Source: an uncultured Verrucomicrobiae bacterium
GTDB lineage: Bacteria > Verrucomicrobiota > Verrucomicrobiia > Limisphaerales > JAFGQR01
Direction: 5' to 3'
Length of the DNA: 37,670 nt
Assembly: GCA_963788655.1 (NCBI GenBank)
Contig: CAWBHS010000096.1
Coordinates: forward strand, 1 to 37,670
The notes below the pieces were generated by a model. The model was not told where the DNA came from. It ran no database searches and saw only the letters and a list, made by a program, of their open reading frames with translations. Shown here one piece after another: positions 10,894 through 20,690 of this stretch. The translations under genes and the position numbers were made by a program. Within the stretch, counting starts at the first letter, position 1. Each line of letters starts with the position of its first letter.

Positions 10894-11538
10894 TCAGGAA
10901 TCAGTCCGAAGCAAGGCGCGGCACCATCCGCCATCCACTCCCACCAAGTTGACCGGAGCCGCCAGCAGTTCAAAAACGCCGGGAGTGATGTCCCGCAGAT
11001 TCAGGTTTTCGATGATCAGGGTTTCGTGACCGAGCAATTCCACATGCGACGGAAAGTTAGGTTCCTCCGGCGTATCGATAGTTAGATAATCCAATCCCAC
11101 GACCAGCATCCGCCGGGCGGTACACCAGGCCGCCGCGCTCATGTGAATGTAGATGTAGTTGGGATTCCAAGGTTCGTGCCAATAGTCGGTCTGACTGTTG
11201 CGGGTTTTGAAGAGGAGTCGGCGGATGCCGGGACGCACGCCGGCTTTTTCCAGCGCCGCGGCGGTGATGCACTTGTCCTCGGCCGTCAGGTCCAACACCT
11301 GGCACTCGCCCACCCAGTGTTCGAGCGGCATCTCGTGGAGTCGGCGGCCCTGGCGGATGAAGTGCCAAGGCGCATCCACATGCGTCCCATGATGCAGGCC
11401 ACCCTTAAAGAATCCCACGTTGGCCGGATTTCCCTTTTCATGGGTCCACCCGGGCCAGGAGAATTCCGGCGTCGGATCGCCCGGAAAGACCGTGGTGTGC
11501 GCATCGGTGGGGATACTGATGTCGAGGTAGCGAGGCAT
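10894..11538 (-). CDS. Cyclase family (kynurenine formamidase KynB-like) metal-dependent hydrolase
   Basis: Metal-binding HHGTHVDAPWH (HxGTHxDxPxH), VGLDYLTID and IIENL. Confidence 0.9.
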   Translation of the reverse strand: MPRYLDISIPTDAHTTVFPGDPTPEFSWPGWTHEKGNPANVGFFKGGLHHGTHVDAPWHFIRQGRRLHEMPLEHWVGECQVLDLTAEDKCITAAALEKAGVRPGIRRLLFKTRNSQTDYWHEPWNPNYIYIHMSAAAWCTARRMLVVGLDYLTIDTPEEPNFPSHVELLGHETLIIENLNLRDITPGVFELLAAPVNLVGVDGGWCRALLRTDS

Positions 11539-11550
11539 AAAGCAAAAGGG

Positions 11551-12333
11551 CTATTCTTTGCAGTATTCGGCGAAGGGCAACGAGCCGTCCATCACGTAAC
11601 CGCCATCCAGTGTGAGCGATTGCCCCGTCATGTAACGGGCATCGTCGCTGGCGATGAACACGGCGCCGGCGGCGATCCATGCCGCCTCGGCAATCTCTTT
11701 GAGCGGCACGCGCTGGAACAAGGAACGCTTCACTGCTTCGGTATACATTGGCGTCGTCAATTCCGTGTAAGTAGCGCCGGGGCGAATGAAATTGACCGTG
11801 ATTTTGTGTGGCGCCAGTTCGGTTGCTAGCGTCCGTGAGAACGCCTCGATCCCTCCTTTGGCGGTGGTGTAATGCCCGCAGTTTGGTTCACTGAGGACCG
11901 CGTGAATGCTGGAGATGCTGAGGATCCGCCCGCCGCGTTTTTGTTGGATCATCTGCCGCGCCGCCTGCTGCGAACAGAGGAAAACACTTTTCAGGTTGGT
12001 GCGAAGGATGAAATCCCAATCCTCCTCAGGCATGTCCACGATTGGCGAGAACCGAATCACACCGGTGTTGTTGACCAGCACATCCAAACCGCCGAGAAAG
12101 GCGACAGCCTCCTGAAACGCCGCGTTTACCTGTTCGGCATATCCAACGTCGCAATGGATGGCGACTGCCTTGCGTCCGAGCGTCTGGATGGACTGAACCA
12201 CCTCGTTGGCCTTGGGCATATTGAGGTCGAGGATCGCGACGTCGGCGCCTTCGCGGGCAAACGCGGTGGCAATGGCTTTGCCAATACCGCTGGCGGCTCC
12301 GGTGACGATGGCTGATTTGTTGGCGAGTTTCAC
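11551..12333 (-). CDS. Short-chain dehydrogenase/reductase (SDR)
   Basis: GTG start; TGAASGIG, NNTG, catalytic YTTAK, ITVNFIRPG and LTLDGG. Confidence 0.92.
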   Translation of the reverse strand: MKLANKSAIVTGAASGIGKAIATAFAREGADVAILDLNMPKANEVVQSIQTLGRKAVAIHCDVGYAEQVNAAFQEAVAFLGGLDVLVNNTGVIRFSPIVDMPEEDWDFILRTNLKSVFLCSQQAARQMIQQKRGGRILSISSIHAVLSEPNCGHYTTAKGGIEAFSRTLATELAPHKITVNFIRPGATYTELTTPMYTEAVKRSLFQRVPLKEIAEAAWIAAGAVFIASDDARYMTGQSLTLDGGYVMDGSLPFAEYCKE

Positions 12334-12337
12334 GGGA

Positions 12338-12367
12338 TTGACAAAATTACGATTGAGTTCCTAATTC
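12338..12367 (+). promoter_or_regulatory. Possible sigma70-type promoter of the GntR gene
   Basis: Perfect TTGACA at 12338-12343. The -10 match is weak (CCTAAT/TAATTC 16-18 bp downstream). It lies just upstream of the palindrome. Confidence 0.35.
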
Positions 12368-12375
12368 GAGCGCTT

Positions 12376-12393
12376 TAAAGTGTGCACACTTTA
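12376..12393. promoter_or_regulatory. 18-bp perfect palindrome TAAAGTGTGCACACTTTA, putative GntR operator 1
   Basis: Perfect inverted repeat in the 67-bp divergent gap between the SDR and GntR genes, with a near-identical copy at 13147. Confidence 0.8.
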
Positions 12394-12400
12394 GAGACGC

Positions 12401-13103
12401 ATGAGCACTCCGTCAACCAGAAAAAACTCGGTCGTTAAACGTCGCGCCCAAACGGCGGAACGGGTCTTCCAACGACTCGTCGAAGCGATCGTGACCGGGG
12501 CCATTCCCAGTGGCAGCCCCATGCGCGAGTCCAGCCTGGCCAAACAATGGGGAGTCAGTCGCACCCCCATGCGGGAAGCCGTGCGCCGGGCCGCCGAAGG
12601 CGGCTTGCTGATCCTGCGCCGCAACCGCACCCCCCTGGTTCGTGCCTTTACTCCGCACGACATTGATTGCCTCTATCAAATGCGGGAAGTGCTCGAAATC
12701 CTCGCCCTCCAAGAGGCTTGGAAACATATCCCCTCCCGAATCCATCACCGCACTGAGCGAACAGGCGGCCCAATCCGCTCCCGATCAGAACCAGGACTGG
12801 ATTGACCGCTGCCTGGCCTTCGACGAAAAGCTGCACGAGTGCTGGATCAACTGCTGCCAGAATCCCTGGCTGACGCAAAGCCTCCGGCGAATCTGGACTT
12901 TCATCCGCATCTTTCAGCGCTTGATGGCCCGTGACCCGGCGTTGGTTCGTCGGTCCTACCGGGAACACTGTCTGGTTCTTCAACACCTCGGCACCAAGGA
13001 CCGGCGTAAGGGCATCGCCCGACTGCGCGAACACATTTGTAATTCCAGCGCCGCCATCAAGGCCAAAATGGAGGCGGGCGGAGACTTGGCGGCGCAGAAT
13101 TAA
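12401..13103 (+). CDS. GntR-family (FadR/FCD subfamily) transcriptional regulator, one frameshift in the C-run near 12732
   Basis: wHTH ESSLAKQWGVSRTPMREA followed by the FCD domain (LYQMREVLE...FDEKLH...NPWL...REH), which continues in ORF 12642-13103. Confidence 0.9.
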
Positions 13104-13146
13104 TCGCTTTCCCTTGTTTTTTTGTTGCCAACGGTCCGGCCACCAA

Positions 13147-13164
13147 TAAAGTGTGTACACTTTA
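13147..13164. promoter_or_regulatory. Palindrome TAAAGTGTGTACACTTTA, putative GntR operator 2, overlapping the start codon of the large-enzyme operon
   Basis: 17/18 identical to the 12376 site; its last base is the A of the ATG at 13164. Confidence 0.8.
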
Positions 13165-16100
13165 TGAAACCCCTGCAACCATGGCTCCAACCGTTGAAGG
13201 CAACTCGCACCCTGTTCTTCGTTGTCCTCGGTGCCTCCAGCCTGACCGCCCTCACCCAAACCGACGCCGCAATTCCCGCCGCTGCTGCTCCCATGCGCCA
13301 GACCGCATCCAATGCCGGCTATCACCTGGCAGTGAGTTGTTCCCCGGATGAAGTGCGGGCCAGCCTGGACGATAAGGTGCTTGGCGCACGCGTCGCGGAT
13401 GGAGCTTATCTGTATCGGGCCGTTCGCGTGGAAGACAAGGGAGACCGGGTTTACCACCACCTGGAAAAGCCTTCCGTAACCGCCACCGAAAACACGCTCA
13501 CCCTGCGCGGTAAGTTGGCCGGTTTAAATCTGGAACATACCCTCGTCCTGAATCCCGACCGTCCGGTGATGGAGGAACGAATTGTGTTGCGCAACCAGAC
13601 TTCCTCCGCGATCGCCCTCAAGGATTTCGAAGCGGGATTTCAGTTGCGGGTAACCGACCGCGCTGGGCATGTACTGCCTGAATTTCAAAACGATCGCTGG
13701 GTGGCCATCCCGATGCGAGTTCGGGCGACCGATCCCCAAGGGTATGTGAACGATTTCTCAGTCCCTGACCTCCTGGCGCATCCCGGTTACGAACCGAGCG
13801 TTAACAAGGACCAACGGTATTCCCGCATCCCCTCGCGGCATCGGCGTTCCGAAGGTTGGGCCTGGACTCACCACCAGGCAACTTTGGGCATCTTTGTTTT
13901 CAATCAACAAAACATGCTCTTCAGCGTGGTATCCACCAACCAGGGGCCGGAGGGCACGTCCTTGCGTTTTGGCGGCGCTTGTATGATTTCCGGCGAACCG
14001 GCGGCTCTCACCCGAATTGCGCCGGGCCAAGCCGTGGATATGGGCGTGGTGCGGTATCAAGCCCTGCCTGGGGGATACGACCAAGCGCTTTACGCGTTCC
14101 GAGCCATGCTCGATGAAAAAGGTTGCCGTTTTCCGAAGGGTTACAATCCGCCCGTGCATTGGGAGCAACTCTACGACATGTCGGGAGCCTGGGAGGATCG
14201 CCTCCATCGTTACACCAAGGCCATTGTCGAAAAGGAAGCGCAGAAAGGGCGGGATTACCATTGCGAAGCGCTCTACCTTGATCCTGGTTGGGACACCGAC
14301 TTCGGCACTTTTCTCTGGGGCGAAAAGTGGCTGGGACCGCGCCGGCAGTTTGTGCAAGAGATGCAATCCAAGTACGGCCTGAAACTGTCTTTGCACTGCC
14401 CCTTGGCTACGTGGATGTCCCACCAGTATAGCTGGGGGCTTGGGGCCGTTAAAACATGGCCGGAATCCGCCAAACGACTCGCCCCACCGATTCCCGCCGA
14501 CGAAGTGGAACGGATGCAAGTGCCGGCCGTGCGACAAGACCGACGGAACCTGGCACTACTACCGGAGGCCAAGCCGAATGCGTCCTCGGTGTACGCCAAA
14601 GGCGCCCTGCCCATCCACCAGATCGCCCATCTCAACGACGGATGGTTTGGCAACAGCGCCAGTTGGATCACCGAGAAAATGCCGGCTTGGGCCGAGGTCG
14701 ATCTCGGCGGAGTGCATCAGATTGCCGAAGTGCGCGTGGGTAATGACCATCTCCAGCAATTCAAAGATCGCGCCACCACCGAGTTTCGTGTCCTGGTCGC
14801 CTCTCAATACAACCCGGACTCCCAGGCTTCCAGTTGGCATGAGGTGGCGCGGAGTGCGGGCGAGGCGTTGCAAATGGAGCGGATACTTCCTTTTGCTCCA
14901 ACGTCGGCGCGCTGGGTTCGAATCGAACTCCTCAAGGGCGGCGAAGACATGCCACGGTTGGATGAGATTGAGATTTACGAAGCGAAGCCGGTTAGTCCGG
15001 AGGAAGCCGACGCTTTCGCCCGGCACATCCGACGGGGTTCCCAGCCGCAACTCCCGGAAACAATGCTGGGGCCATTGCTTTGCCTGGGATCGAGACAGTA
15101 TCGCGACGAGGCGGCGAAGCGGCTTCTGGCCAACTGTGCCGATGGTGCCGTGTTCCTGATGTTCGACGGCAATTGGTGGAACGGCGGTTGCAATGCCACG
15201 AACCATGGTCACCCCGTTCCGTATCGTTGGGAGGATCACATTCGGGCCAACCTGGACCTGGCCCAGCGTGTCCACGCCAAATACCCGGATGTGCTGATCG
15301 AGATGCACGATCCGATTGCCGGAGGCAGCCCCGCGCGGATTACGCCGGTTTATTACAAGTATGGATTGCCGGGCAGTTACGATGAGAATTGGGGCTTTGA
15401 ATTGATGTGGGATCCGTTGGCGGACCTGATGCAAAAGCGGACGCGGGCCCTTTACTACTACAACCTGGGCTGCAACGTCCCCATTTACTTGCATATCAAC
15501 CTCAGCAAGGACAACGAAGACTGCGTGGTGCTGTGGTGGTACGCGTCCACCTGTCGGCACTTGGGCATCGGCGGCACCAGTCCCAAACCCGCCGTCGTGG
15601 CCGCGCAGAAACAAGCAATGAAGCGCTACCGCGAACTGGACCGTTTCTACAAACGAGGCGAGTTCTACGGTATCAACGAGGAAATTCACCTGCATGTGCT
15701 GCCCGAAGAAAATGCCTTTGTGGTGAACGCATTCAACCTTTCCGACCAGCCGCGGGTGATTGTCGGCGAGATGGAACTGAGCCGGCTGGGGCTGGATCCC
15801 AAGCGGGCTTATGCGACTGCGGATGCGTTTGGGCACATTGAGAATGGCCGCTACATACTGAGCACCAAACTGCCACCCTGGTCAGCGCGCGTAGCCTATT
15901 TCCAGGCCGAAAACGGTGAGAAGGGCGCCTTAAATAGTCCAAAACCTGAATCCAAAGAGGCGCTAAGCGAACCGGTGCCTGCTCCCCGCACCCCTCCGGG
16001 ACCTTTGGCAATCGGTCCGCGGATTCAACTACCAACCGAGCTTTGGACGGACGGGCGTGGAGATTTGGATTGATCGCTTTGATGGCGCGGCCGTCGAACG

Positions 16101-16924
16101 CGAATTGAGTCTGGGTCGCAAGTATTTTCCCGGCATGAACACGGTGCGGCTGTGGCTTTCGCATGACGCCTTATTTCAAGGATCCTGATCAATTCGCACG
16201 TAACTTCGAAACCGTGCTGGCGGCGTGCAAGCGGAATCAGATCAAGGCGATCCCGACACTGTTTAATAACTGGCACAGTGTTCCCGACTTCGGGGGAATC
16301 TCCATGGAAATGATCAACTATTGGTTTGCCAGTTTCGGTCACAACGGCCAGGCCTCCAATTACGTGTTTCGGCCCTACCTTAAGGCGCTGTTCGGCAAGC
16401 ATGCCGCCGACCCGCGAATTCTGGCGTGGGACTTGTGCAACGAGCCATTCAACAATGGGCGGGAAGTCTATCTGGGCTGGCTCCGTCACACGTACAACAC
16501 GGCCAAAGCCCTGGGCGTCCAGCAGCCCGTGGGCGTCAGTGTGGCCGCCTCCGTGGACCAATTGCGGTTGGTGGAGCCATTCAGCGATGTGCTGCTGATT
16601 CATCCTTATTTCGCATCGCAAGTCGCGTGGGATGCCTTGCACGCGTTCGCCCGCGAGAAAGACAAGCCACTGCTGGCGACCGAATGTTGTTGGGGCGCGC
16701 TGGATGATGCCCGCCGGGTGGCCATTATCGAAGCCGACCTGAAGGCGTTGCAGCAGCAGAACGTTGGATTCCTGGCCCACGCGCTGTTTGAAAGTTATGT
16801 CGCCGATCTGCATCGTCCCCGGTACGGCATCATCAGTTCCGCCGAATACATGGCGTTCATTCACATGGACGGCTCCCTTCGCGCGGGCCACGAAGTGTTC
16901 AACCGCTACGCCCCCAAGCTGTGA
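13164..16924 (+). CDS. Secreted multidomain glycoside hydrolase: clan GH-D (GH36/GH27)-like barrel with an inserted F5/8-type-C module, fused through frameshifts (about 16005 and 16171) to a clan GH-A (GH5-like) domain
   Basis: Signal peptide, ALYLDPGW (about 14277), FLMFDG (about 15159) and a discoidin module at 14547-14981. The +1 frame from about 16007 reads WQSVRGFNYQPS...GMNTVRLWLSHDA and has no start codon of its own after an in-frame TAA near 15964. It joins ORF 16163-16924, which has WDLCNEP and LATEC. Confidence 0.65.
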
Positions 16925-19900
16925 AGCACCGGTGCGATTCAATGATCTCCGTCCGGGCCGTCGCTCTGGCGATGTGCCTGGGATGCGTTGGTCACGCTGC
17001 CGCACGCCAGGCGGAGGACATCGCCAATATCCGGTTATCGGGCACGGATTGGCGAATTCACGAAGACACCGACGGCGAGGGAGCAGCCCGCGGGATGCCG
17101 GAAGCGGACCTGGCCCTGCCCGGCTGGATTCCAGCCACGGTGCCCGGAAATATCCAGGCGGACCTGGAAGCGGCGCATCAACTGAAGCCGCTTTGGTACG
17201 GGGCCGGGGACGAACGGTTATATGAGGTGGCCCGAAAGGACTGGTGGTATCGCAAGGATTTCACCGTGCCGGAAACGCTGGCCGGCCGGCGACTGACCCT
17301 GGTCTTCGACGGCGTGGACCACGAGTGCGAGGTGTGGTTCAACGGACGGCGGATCGGCGGCAACACCGGCATGTTCCGCCGTTTCTGGTTCGACGTGACC
17401 GAACTGGCCGAGCCGGGCAAGCTTAATCGCCTGGCGGTCCGCATTGCCAGGATGCCGGAAATCATTGCGCCGCTCGTGATTCGCACGGATGGCCAGGGCG
17501 TTGTCAACGACGCCACTCATTTTCTTCGCGGCATCGAGCTGACCTCCAAGACGCTCAAGGAGTTGAAGAGCCCCACCAACTGGGGCTGGGACTGGGGGGT
17601 GAACATCTGGACGCTGGGCATCTGGAAAGCGGTGCGGCTGGAAGCCACGGGGCCAGCGCGAATTGATTGGATCCGGGTGCAAACCGCCCTGAGCGACGAC
17701 CATACCAAAAGCACGGTGACGGCTTCGCTCGAAATCGACAGTACCGTGGCGTTGCCGGCTGAGGCACATTTTCGCATCACCGGTCCTAGGGAAGGAGCCG
17801 ACGCCACAGTGGAGACCTCGCTGAAGAAGGGCCGCAATGTCATTCAAGCGGAACTGACGCTGAACCATCCCCGGTTGTGGTGGCCGAATGGCCAGGGTGA
17901 CCAGCCCCTGTACACGCTTTATGCCGAACTGCAACCGGCTAAGCGGTGGGCTGTCCTTGACGCCCGCGAAACTCAATTCGGCGTTCGGGACATTCGTTGG
18001 GTGCATACCGAAGGCGCACCCGCTGACTTTGTCAGCCGCTACCAGTTGATCATCAACGGACGACCGGTGCGCACCATTGGCTCGAACCTGATACCGCCCG
18101 ACTTGCTGTTCGGCCGCATGAAGACGCGCACGCTTCATTTGCTGCGCCGGGCGCAAGCCGCCGGAATGAACACGCTGCGGCTTTGGGGCGGCGGCGTGAT
18201 TCTCCACGACGAGGCTTACGATCTCGCCGACGCCCTCGGCATCATGCTCGTGCAGGAATTGCCGCTGGCCAATCACTGGCCGGAGACCAATGCCGTCTCC
18301 CTCGGCAATCTCGGCGTGACGGTGCGGAATATCGTCCGGCAAGTGCGAAACCATCCGTCGATCATCGAATTCGACGGCGGCAACGAAATGCCGTGGAATT
18401 CGTTGACCCAACACCCGGCGCTCGAACTGTTGCGAAACATCGTTACCACGGACGCCGGCCATCTGTTCCGCGCGACGTGCCCGGATCTGGGCGCGACGCA
18501 CGGACCCTGGTTCTTCGACTTGCGAACCTCGTGCCGCTCCTATGACGAACGCCAGACGATGCGCGCCGGCGAATTCGGTGCCGCCTCACCGGCCAACCTC
18601 GAGGTCTGGCATCGCACGATTCCCCCACGGTCGCAATGGCCGATTCTCGGCCTCGAGGAACCCATTCAAATCCGCAAGAACATCGTTCAAGCCGTGTTCG
18701 AACCGGACTACTGGCTGCGGAAAACTTTCCTCGAGGATGTTTTTGGATCATTCGATAATCTGCCCGAGATGGTGGCGGCCGGTCAGTTTTATGGCGCCGA
18801 GGGCCTGCGATACGCCATCGATGCGATGCGGCGCAAAGGCCGACGCATTGGCGGTCTGACCACCTGGGACTTCGACGAGCCCTGGCCGAACGGGGCCGGC
18901 AGTTACCTGGTCGATTACGACGGGCGCCCCCTCATGAATTACGATTTCTTCAAGCAGGCCATCGCGCCCGTCAGCCTGTCGTTGCGGTACGATTCGGTGT
19001 TCTATGATCCCCGCACCGGCATCGCAGCGGAACTGTTTCTCACGAGCGATGCGCCCCAAAACGCGAATGTGAAATGGCGCTGGTTGGCCCGGGACCGACG
19101 CGGTCAAGTGCTGGACCACGGTGACGGCACCGCCTCGATCCAGCCAATCCAAGTCAAGTCGCTGGGGCCGATCAGGGTGAAACCTCCGGCAGAAACAGCT
19201 TACGGCCCGCTTTTCCTGGAACTGCGGCTTGAGAATTCAAGCGGGATGTTACTGGGCGAACGGCTGCACATTTTTGGAGTCGATGGAGTTCGAAGCCCCT
19301 TCGCTGGACTGCTCAAGAACAGCGCGGAGTCGATTCCGACGACAATACGCTGCAACGCGGACGAGGCCATCGTCCGGCCCGACCATCGGGACAACCTGGC
19401 CTTCGTCGGCAACGGCGCCAAGCCGGCCACGGCATCCTCGGCCCGACCCGAGCCCATTCATCAACCGCCAGGAATCAACGACGGGGCCTATGGAAATGCG
19501 CATAGTTGGATCGGCACGACGCCGCAATCATGGTTCCAGATTGATTTAGGCAAGGGGACCGCCATCGGACAATTCAAATTGGGACGCGACCGCACCGGAC
19601 AGTTTCGAGATCGGGCCGTGGACACTCTCAAGATTGAAACCTCGCTCGATGGGCAGGCGTGGCAAACCGTCTTCGAGCAGAAAGGCCTCACCACTCTCCC
19701 AGGCTTCGCTCCCGCGAAAACCCTGACGATCGCGGTTGCTCCCGTTGACGCGCGCTTCCTTCGAGTAACCGTTGACCCGAAGAATCCCGCCGCCGGCGAA
19801 CTGGCCTGCATTGATGAGTTTGAAGTCTATGCGACCGGCCCAAGAGTCACCCGCAGCATTTCCGGTGATTGGCTTTGACGACCCGCGACCCGAGATCTGG

Positions 19901-20678
19901 CGACCGGTGCGCCGCACGAGCGTTGCAGGCGACAGCCTCGAAGACGACTGGGGAAGACGACCAGGAAGTTTTGGAACTGACCGTCAAGAACAGCGGTCCG
20001 ATGACGGCACTGTTCTGCGAGCCGCATCCACTGATCGAATACCGCAACGATCTGTTTATTGAGAACAACCATTGTTTCATTCCGCCGGGTGAAAGCCGCA
20101 TTATCACAATCCGTGCGGCGAACCAGCGCGGCGGCGGATTGACCCTGGCGCAAACCGGCTGGCGGCTTTCGTGCTGGAACGCCGCCGACGTGATCATCGA
20201 GCCCGGCAGCGACGTGCTGTTGGCGCTGGGCCGCCGGGACGCGCTGGGCCGCGAGTTCGCCGGCTACTTCGATCCAGGCACCGTCTCGGAAGCATCCCGG
20301 GTGCAAGTCCAAGGAACTCGTCCCGATCCGGCCCGGGTGCCTTACTTGCTCGACGGCAACCGCGTCGTGCAATTCGAGTTCTCGCTGAGCGAGGCGCAGG
20401 CGAGGCGTCCGGCCCGGCTGCGGATCCATGCGGCAGATCAGTCGGACAAATTGCCGACCCACGTTGCGGCGAAACTCAACCGACGAGCGATTGAGGGCAT
20501 ACTGCCGGTCGGCCTCGGAATTCAGCGGAGCGACCCGGCGCACCTGGCGTTTCCGGGCACGGTCGAGTTCACCGTGCCGGCATCGGATTTGCGGTCGGGC
20601 AAAAACGTTTTGGAGATTCGCGTGCAGGACGACGGCTGGTTCTCCTGGGACGCCATGGATTTGACGAATCATGACTGA
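16921..20678 (+). CDS. GH2 (beta-mannosidase-like) glycoside hydrolase with F5/8-type-C module, paralogue 1; frameshifts near 19835 and 19920
   Basis: GTGA overlap with the upstream stop and a signal peptide. ATVPGNIQADL, LVFDGVD, WGWDWG, LWWPNGQGDQPLY, GMNTLRLWGGG, RNHPSIIEFDGGNE (acid/base) and GEFG (nucleophile). The C-terminus lies in ORF 19869-20678. Confidence 0.85.
20151..20381 (+). repeat. Dispersed direct repeat shared by the two GH2 paralogues (copy 1; copy 2 at 23978-24208)
   Basis: 38-bp exact match (20151-20188 = 23978-24015) and a 60/64 match (20318-20381 vs 24145-24208), counted by hand. Confidence 0.9.
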
Positions 20679-20690
20679 GGAAAGGGCACC

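Noticed and set aside
10894..11538. kynB / tryptophan catabolism
   Set aside because: Only the family motif is present; no kynA or kynU nearby, so no gene symbol was assigned.
14559..18501. Long antisense ORFs (14559-15836, 16025-17005, 17218-18501; likewise 26131-27261 and 28721-29701)
   Set aside because: They shadow well-supported plus-strand genes, have no recognisable motifs and are expected in high-GC coding DNA.
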